DNA from: Candidatus Eiseniibacteriota bacterium
GTDB lineage: Bacteria > Eisenbacteria > RBG-16-71-46
Length of the DNA stretch: 64,000 nt
Reading direction: 5' to 3'
Assembly: GCA_038231135.1 (NCBI GenBank)
Contig: JBBRLX010000014.1
Span: 28,604 to 92,603 of the forward strand
Every line of letters begins with the position of its first letter. Position 1 is the first letter of the stretch. Of the stretch, positions 59,064 to 64,000 are shown piece by piece. The position numbers and the translations under genes were made by a program. Below the pieces are notes generated by a model. That model was given only the letters and a program-made list of their open reading frames with translations. It had not been told where the DNA came from and made no database searches.

Positions 59064-61490
59064 ATGATCGTAGTGCTGTTGGTGGCCGCGCTGCTCGCCG
59101 CTCCCGCTGCTCCCGACTCTGCGGCCGCCCGCGTGGAACCGGACACGCTCGCCCGCGTATCGCGTCTGGCGCGGGTGCTGCGGCTCCCGGAGCTGGTCGT
59201 GAAGGGCGAGCGGTTCCGCGACGCGTTCTCCTCCGAGTCGGTGCATCCGATTCCCCGCGAGGTCGTGCGCACGCTGCCGATCGACCGGGTCTCCGAATTG
59301 TTCGCGTTGCAGCCCGGCGTGGTGGCGCGCGGCGAAGAGCTCCACGTGCGCGGCGGCCGGACCGGTGAATCGCGGATGACGCTCGCCGGCATCGGGCTCG
59401 ACGATCCGGTGCGCGGGTCCTCGATGGAGCTGCCGTTGCTGGCGCTGAGCGACGCCGACCTCGCGAGCGGCGGCATCGATGCGGATCTGGGCGGCGCGCT
59501 GGCCGGCATCCTCCGGTTGCGCACGCTGGACCCGGGCGAGCGTTGGAACGGCGTGGTCGAGTGGCACACCGATGGCCGCCAGTTCACCCATTACGACCGC
59601 GCCGGCGCGCGGATCGGCGGGCCGCTGGGGTCTACCGGGGCCAGGTTGATGGCCACGTTCGAAGGCACGCTCGACGACACGAACCTGCCGAATCTGCGGA
59701 CCTCCGAGCGCGATCACGTGCTGGGCGGCTCGTTCGGCTGGCGCGCGGACAACCGCATGCTCGGGCATCTGAAGCTCGCGACCGCTCCCGCGGGCTCGCG
59801 CTGGACGCTCGAGCTCGCGGGCAACCGGCGCCTCGAGCGGCCCTATGACCCCGCCTGGTTCCTCAACGGCTTCACCACGCCGTGTCTCGATCCCGACACG
59901 TGCGTGCGGGGGCCGGGATTCAGCCTGATCCCGCAGCCCGGCTTCACGCGCTACGTGGCCGCCGATCACCACGTGGTCACCGACGACCGGCGCGCCATGG
60001 GCGCCCTGATGTGGGAGAGCCTCGGCGAGCGGCGCCGGTTCGTGGTCACCCTCGGCTGGCTCGGCGGGAGGTCGGTGACGTCGATCGACGGCACCGAGAA
60101 CACGGCGTATCTCGACCCCGCGAACTTCCCCGCGTACGGGCTCTACGATTCGGCGGACAACGATCCGTTCCATGTCTACGTCGGCGACGAGCCGTGGTAC
60201 CACAAGACCAGCTCGAACCGCTGGACGCTGCGCGCCGACGATCAGCGCACCACGACGCGGGGCGACGTGATCAAGTTCGGCGCCGGCACGACCTACGACG
60301 AGGTCGCGCTGCGCGACATGGACTACTCGACGCCGGGATTCGGGCTCGACTCGGTGCGGGCCTACCACGCGTTCGCCCCCGGCGGCTGGGCCTATGGCCA
60401 CGTGCGCTGGGTGCTCGGCGGCATGGTGGCGAACGGCGGATTGCGGGCGGAGTACTTCACCGCCGGCCCGCAGGCGCAGTCGCAGAGCTTCCCCGGCGGC
60501 GGTTCGGGCACCTGGTCGCTGTCGCCCCGGCTGGGCGTCGCCTATCCCGTCTCGGTGCGCGACGTGTTCTCGATGTCCTACGTGCGCGTGCAGCAGAATC
60601 CGGATCGCGACTACCTGTACGACAACCGCGTGGACATCAGCAATCGCGAGCCGATCGGCAATCCGTCGCTGGTGCCGGCCACCGAGATCTCCTACCAGGC
60701 GGCGGTGAAACACGTGTTCGACGAGCGCTGGGCGATGCAGGGCGCGGTGTTCTACCGCGACGTATTCGGCCTGATCGGCGCGATCAACCGGCAGCCGCGG
60801 CTCGCCAGCCCGCAGCTCCACTACGAGAACTCGGACGACGCGAACGCCAGCGGTGTCGAGTGGACGCTGCTGTGGTCGGGGCGGCCCGGCAACTTCGCCG
60901 AGGTTCACTACACGTACCTCGATGCGCGCGGCACGCAGTCGCGGGAGGAGGGCGTGCCGTACGGCCCCAAGCTGACCGCTCGGCCCCAGGCGCTCGGCCC
61001 GCATCCGCTCGACTGGGATCGCCGGCACTCGTTCAACGCGGGGCTGCACTTCGAGCGGCCCCGCGTGGGTTCGATCGCGTGGACCACGTCGGTGGGATCG
61101 GGACTGCCGTGGTCGCCGCGGGTGCTCCGGCAACTCGAGGTCGATCTGGACGCCGAGAACTCCCGGCGCTTCGGCTGGAGCGAGAACACCGACGCCGCGC
61201 TGCGCTGGTTCGTGCCGGGCCCGGTGCGGGGTCTCACGCTCGGGCTCGACGTCCGCAACGTGTTCGACTCGCGCACCGATCTCAGCGCGACGACGGACGG
61301 CTATCCCAATCTGACCATCAACACGTTGTACGACGACTATGGCGCGTACCGCACCGAGACCGGCCTGCCGGGTGGCGCCTACTACAACGATCGCAACGGG
61401 GACGGCCAGCCGGGCTGGATCCCCGTCCACGACGCCCGGCTGCTGGGGCCGCCGCGTGCGATGCGCATGAGCCTGGCCATGACCTGGTGA
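59064..61490 (+). CDS. TonB-dependent-receptor-like outer membrane beta-barrel
   Basis: RBS GGAGGA; signal peptide; plug LQPGVV..LHVRGGR.GE; GGIDA..GGALAG; LSPRLGVAYPVS; LDWDRRH; C-terminal Trp. Confidence 0.88.
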   Translation: MIVVLLVAALLAAPAAPDSAAARVEPDTLARVSRLARVLRLPELVVKGERFRDAFSSESVHPIPREVVRTLPIDRVSELFALQPGVVARGEELHVRGGRTGESRMTLAGIGLDDPVRGSSMELPLLALSDADLASGGIDADLGGALAGILRLRTLDPGERWNGVVEWHTDGRQFTHYDRAGARIGGPLGSTGARLMATFEGTLDDTNLPNLRTSERDHVLGGSFGWRADNRMLGHLKLATAPAGSRWTLELAGNRRLERPYDPAWFLNGFTTPCLDPDTCVRGPGFSLIPQPGFTRYVAADHHVVTDDRRAMGALMWESLGERRRFVVTLGWLGGRSVTSIDGTENTAYLDPANFPAYGLYDSADNDPFHVYVGDEPWYHKTSSNRWTLRADDQRTTTRGDVIKFGAGTTYDEVALRDMDYSTPGFGLDSVRAYHAFAPGGWAYGHVRWVLGGMVANGGLRAEYFTAGPQAQSQSFPGGGSGTWSLSPRLGVAYPVSVRDVFSMSYVRVQQNPDRDYLYDNRVDISNREPIGNPSLVPATEISYQAAVKHVFDERWAMQGAVFYRDVFGLIGAINRQPRLASPQLHYENSDDANASGVEWTLLWSGRPGNFAEVHYTYLDARGTQSREEGVPYGPKLTARPQALGPHPLDWDRRHSFNAGLHFERPRVGSIAWTTSVGSGLPWSPRVLRQLEVDLDAENSRRFGWSENTDAALRWFVPGPVRGLTLGLDVRNVFDSRTDLSATTDGYPNLTINTLYDDYGAYRTETGLPGGAYYNDRNGDGQPGWIPVHDARLLGPPRAMRMSLAMTW

Positions 61491-61617
61491 ACCTGCGCAG
61501 TCAGGCCGCACGGCCCGGCATGCACACTGCTGCAATTCGCGGGGCCTGGGACCGTGCAGGCTGCGCGGCGATCGCGCAAGTCGTGGCGGGCCAATGCTCC
61601 AGTCTGCACGCTCCGCG

Positions 61618-61633
61618 TGGCATGGGCGGTGCT
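61618..61633 (+). promoter_or_regulatory. Putative sigma54 promoter
   Basis: TGGCATGGGCGGTGCT (GG-N10-GC), about 50 bp upstream of ATG 61682; a second candidate CGGCATGCACACTGC at 61516-61530. Confidence 0.55.
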
Positions 61634-61681
61634 GGTTCCCTCCTCCGTTCAACGGAGTCGTCCCCATCGCAAGGAGGAATC

Positions 61682-62134
61682 ATGCGCCGATTTGCCGTGT
61701 GCAACGCAGCGCTGGTGCTGCTGACCATGATGCTCGCGCCGCATCCCGCGCACGCCGAGACGTATTTCGGGTTCACCATGGGTGTGTCCAACGCGCCGCC
61801 CGCGCCGATGCTCGTCATGCGCGCGGAGCCACGGCTCGAGGTCGTGCCGAACACACGTGTGTACCGCTGCACCGAGGACGCCGGAGACGCCGACGTGTTC
61901 CGGTTCGCCGGCACCTGGTACGCATACTCCAACGGGTTCTGGTATCGCGCCGCGGAGGCGCGGGGCCCGTATCACGTGACGGACGCCCGCAATGTTCCGC
62001 GCGCGGTGCTGTTCGTTCCGGCGAACCATTGGAGGCACCATCCGCAGGGCATGGCGGCGGCGCGCGCGCGGCGCGGACCGGCCGAGGTCGTGGTGGTGCG
62101 GGAGCGTCGTGGTCACCACTGGTGGCGGCGCTGA
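61682..62134 (+). CDS. Small secreted protein (Pro/Trp/His-rich, YXWGXW-family-like)
   Basis: RBS AAGGAGG; signal peptide ending AHA-E; APPAP, WYAYSNGFWYRA..GPY, HWRHHP. Confidence 0.8.
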   Translation: MRRFAVCNAALVLLTMMLAPHPAHAETYFGFTMGVSNAPPAPMLVMRAEPRLEVVPNTRVYRCTEDAGDADVFRFAGTWYAYSNGFWYRAAEARGPYHVTDARNVPRAVLFVPANHWRHHPQGMAAARARRGPAEVVVVRERRGHHWWRR

Positions 62135-62144
62135 AGTTGGTTCC

Positions 62145-62186
62145 CGCAGCGCGGGCCCGGTCGACCGACCGGGCCCGTTGCGTTTT
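62145..62186 (+). terminator. Intrinsic terminator
   Basis: CGGGCCCGGTC-gacc-GACCGGGCCCG stem followed by TTGCGTTTT. Confidence 0.7.
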
Positions 62187-62216
62187 GGGAAACGCGGGGC
62201 GCATGCTCGCGCCACG

Positions 62217-62843
62217 ATGATCCTCGACCCCGAGTCCCAGGCCGCCGGCGCCGTGTACCGATTCCTGATCAGTGTGGTCGTGCCGCGCCCGATCGCGTTC
62301 GTGTCGACCGTCGGCGGCCACGGCTTCAACGTCGCGCCGTTCTCGTACTTCATGCCTATCACCAGCCGGCCGCCGCTGCTCGGCATCTCGATCGCGTGGC
62401 GCGACGGCGGTCCCAAGGACACGCTGCGCAACGTCCGCGAGACCGGCGACTTCGTGATCAACATCGTGCCCGAATCGCTCGCCGAGCGGATGGTCGCGGC
62501 GTCGGGGGACTGGCCCGCGGAATCGGACGAATTCCAGGTGGCGGGTCTAACGCCGGTGCCCGCCGAGCGCGTGAAGTCGCCGCGCGTGGCGGAGTGCCCC
62601 GTGCATCTCGAGTGCCGGTTGTTCCAGGAGGTCCTGCTCGGCGACTCGACGCTCGTGGTCGGCCAGTTGGTGCTCGCACACGTCGACGACGCGTTGCTCA
62701 CCGACGGCCGGGTGGACCCGCGGCGGCTGCGCGCGCTGGGCCGCCTCGGGAGCAACCAGTACGCGACGCTGGGAGAAGTCCTCGAGATCGACCGCCCGAA
62801 GATCGAGCGGCACGCGGACGGCGCGCCGCCAGCGAAGTCGTGA
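62217..62843 (+). CDS. Flavin reductase-like (DIM6/NTAB) FMN-binding protein
   Basis: VVPRPIAFVST..NVAPFSYF, KDTLRNVRETGDFVINIV, PRVAECPVHLEC, LGRLG..Y. Confidence 0.93.
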   Translation: MILDPESQAAGAVYRFLISVVVPRPIAFVSTVGGHGFNVAPFSYFMPITSRPPLLGISIAWRDGGPKDTLRNVRETGDFVINIVPESLAERMVAASGDWPAESDEFQVAGLTPVPAERVKSPRVAECPVHLECRLFQEVLLGDSTLVVGQLVLAHVDDALLTDGRVDPRRLRALGRLGSNQYATLGEVLEIDRPKIERHADGAPPAKS

Positions 62844-63208
62844 CCGCGCCCGAGCGTCGCGTGATTCCGATCCGCACGCCGGAGGACCTGTGGACGTTCA
62901 CCGAGCGCAATCTGTCGCTGTGGGATGTCCTGGAGTTTTTCCCGTCCGACGCCGTGGGCCCGCGCGGGCCGTCCGACGCGCCGCGGCCGTATGAAGTGCT
63001 GCCGATTACGATCGACACCGATCTCGGGTTCTCGTTCGACACCGACATCCAGTACGGCACGTGGATGTTCCGCCCGCGCTCGCCGAAGCATCCCGGCATG
63101 ATGAAATGGTGCCGCGAGCGCGGCTTCGAGGTGGGCGATGCGATCGTGTTCGAGCGCGTGGAGCCGCGGCGGTATCGGCTGAGTTTGGAGAAGGCGGGCG
63201 GGGCGTAG
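62840..63208 (+). CDS. Hypothetical protein, B3/DNA-binding pseudobarrel-like
   Basis: GTGA-coupled to the flavin reductase gene; C-terminal GMMKWCRERGFEVGDAIVFERVEPRRYRLSL. Confidence 0.65.
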   Translation: MTAPERRVIPIRTPEDLWTFTERNLSLWDVLEFFPSDAVGPRGPSDAPRPYEVLPITIDTDLGFSFDTDIQYGTWMFRPRSPKHPGMMKWCRERGFEVGDAIVFERVEPRRYRLSLEKAGGA

Positions 63209-63489
63209 TGATTGTGGGTAATCGCCTTCGATACCGATCGCTTTGCCCGGTCCGTACCCACGAATTAACTTGACGAGCCAGTGAGGCGAGGTAATCAACA
63301 CCTCCCAGCTCCTGATTCAGGAGCGCACCGACGCGCGCAGGATGCGCGTGAATGAGCTCGATCCGCTGCGATGAAGACAATTGTCGCAGCATGTTGCGTC
63401 ATGCGCCGTGGCGGGCTGCCCGAGCGTCCAATTCGCTCACGCTACAATTGAGTCAGAGCCCCCGCTCATTCGATCCAGTGAGCGACCCC

Positions 63490-64000
63490 ATGACTCGATT
63501 TGCGCTGACCCATCTCACCGATGAAGTGCTGTCCCGGAATCTGCCCGTCGTCGACCTTCGCGAACAGGATGCGTCGGCCGTCGTGCTCGCACACGTTGCC
63601 GAGTTCGATGCGCGCAAGCTCTACCTGCCGCAGGCTTATCCGTCGATGCACGCGTATTGCGTCGACGTGATGCACCGCACGGAAGAGGTGGCGGATAAGC
63701 TGATCCGCGTGGCGCGCACGGCCTACAAGTTCCCGGCCATCTTCCCGGCGCTGGCAGAGGGCCGGCTGCATCATGCGGCCGTCATCATGCTGGCCTCGCG
63801 TCTGACTCCCGCCAACGCGGACGAGTTGATCGCGGCCGCCACGCACCAGTCCAAGTCCAAGATCGCCCGGCTACTCGCGCAGCGGTTCCCGCGGCCGGAC
63901 ATTGCGGCGCAGGTGACGCCGCTGTCGGCGCGCAAACAGCAACCGTCCCCGGGGACGGTTGGGGCGCCCTTCGAGTTGGAGTCCCCTCAGACAGTCCAAC
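63490..64000 (+). CDS. DUF222/HNH endonuclease-type protein, N-terminal part (truncated by window)
   Basis: Not in the ORF track. My translation: MTRFALTHLTDEVL...LAHVAEFDARKLYLPQAYPSMHAYCV...IRVARTAYKFPAIFPALAEGRLH...LLAQRFPRPD. Confidence 0.8.
   Translation, partial: MTRFALTHLTDEVLSRNLPVVDLREQDASAVVLAHVAEFDARKLYLPQAYPSMHAYCVDVMHRTEEVADKLIRVARTAYKFPAIFPALAEGRLHHAAVIMLASRLTPANADELIAAATHQSKSKIARLLAQRFPRPDIAAQVTPLSARKQQPSPGTVGAPFELESPQTVQ

Overview
High-GC bacterial chromosomal window with about 40 genes and no rRNA, tRNA or CRISPR array that I can see. Four secreted proteins share a FlgD_ig/T9SS-like C-terminal domain and a DUF222/HNH-type gene is present. Together these suggest an FCB-related candidate lineage such as Ca. 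Eisenbacteria (inference, not tested). The left half carries a TetR-TolC-EmrA efflux operon, peptidases (M1, PepT), ileS, a prolyl-oligopeptidase remnant, a membrane Ser/Thr kinase, polysaccharide transferases, an SPFH/site-2-protease operon, an HTH + nucleotidyltransferase pair, a mycofactocin-type SDR, acs, CTD-tagged secreted proteins and pfkA. The best candidate for an undescribed system is 38.8-61.5 kb. It holds a kinase-STAND-TPR-GAF-sigma54-activator fusion (frameshifted here, NVATGV in place of GAFTGA) flanked on both sides by -24/-12 promoter motifs that drive small genes. It also holds a solo IS3-OrfA-like HTH gene, a signal-peptide-bearing TPR-CHAT protease, a ~3070-aa CTD-tagged matrixin preceded by a TIMP/NTR-like protein, and a divergent TonB-dependent-like barrel. 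A 27-bp perfect inverted-repeat element with a degenerate second copy and a stand-alone B3-like protein were also noticed. All family calls come from motif recognition by eye; no database searches were run.
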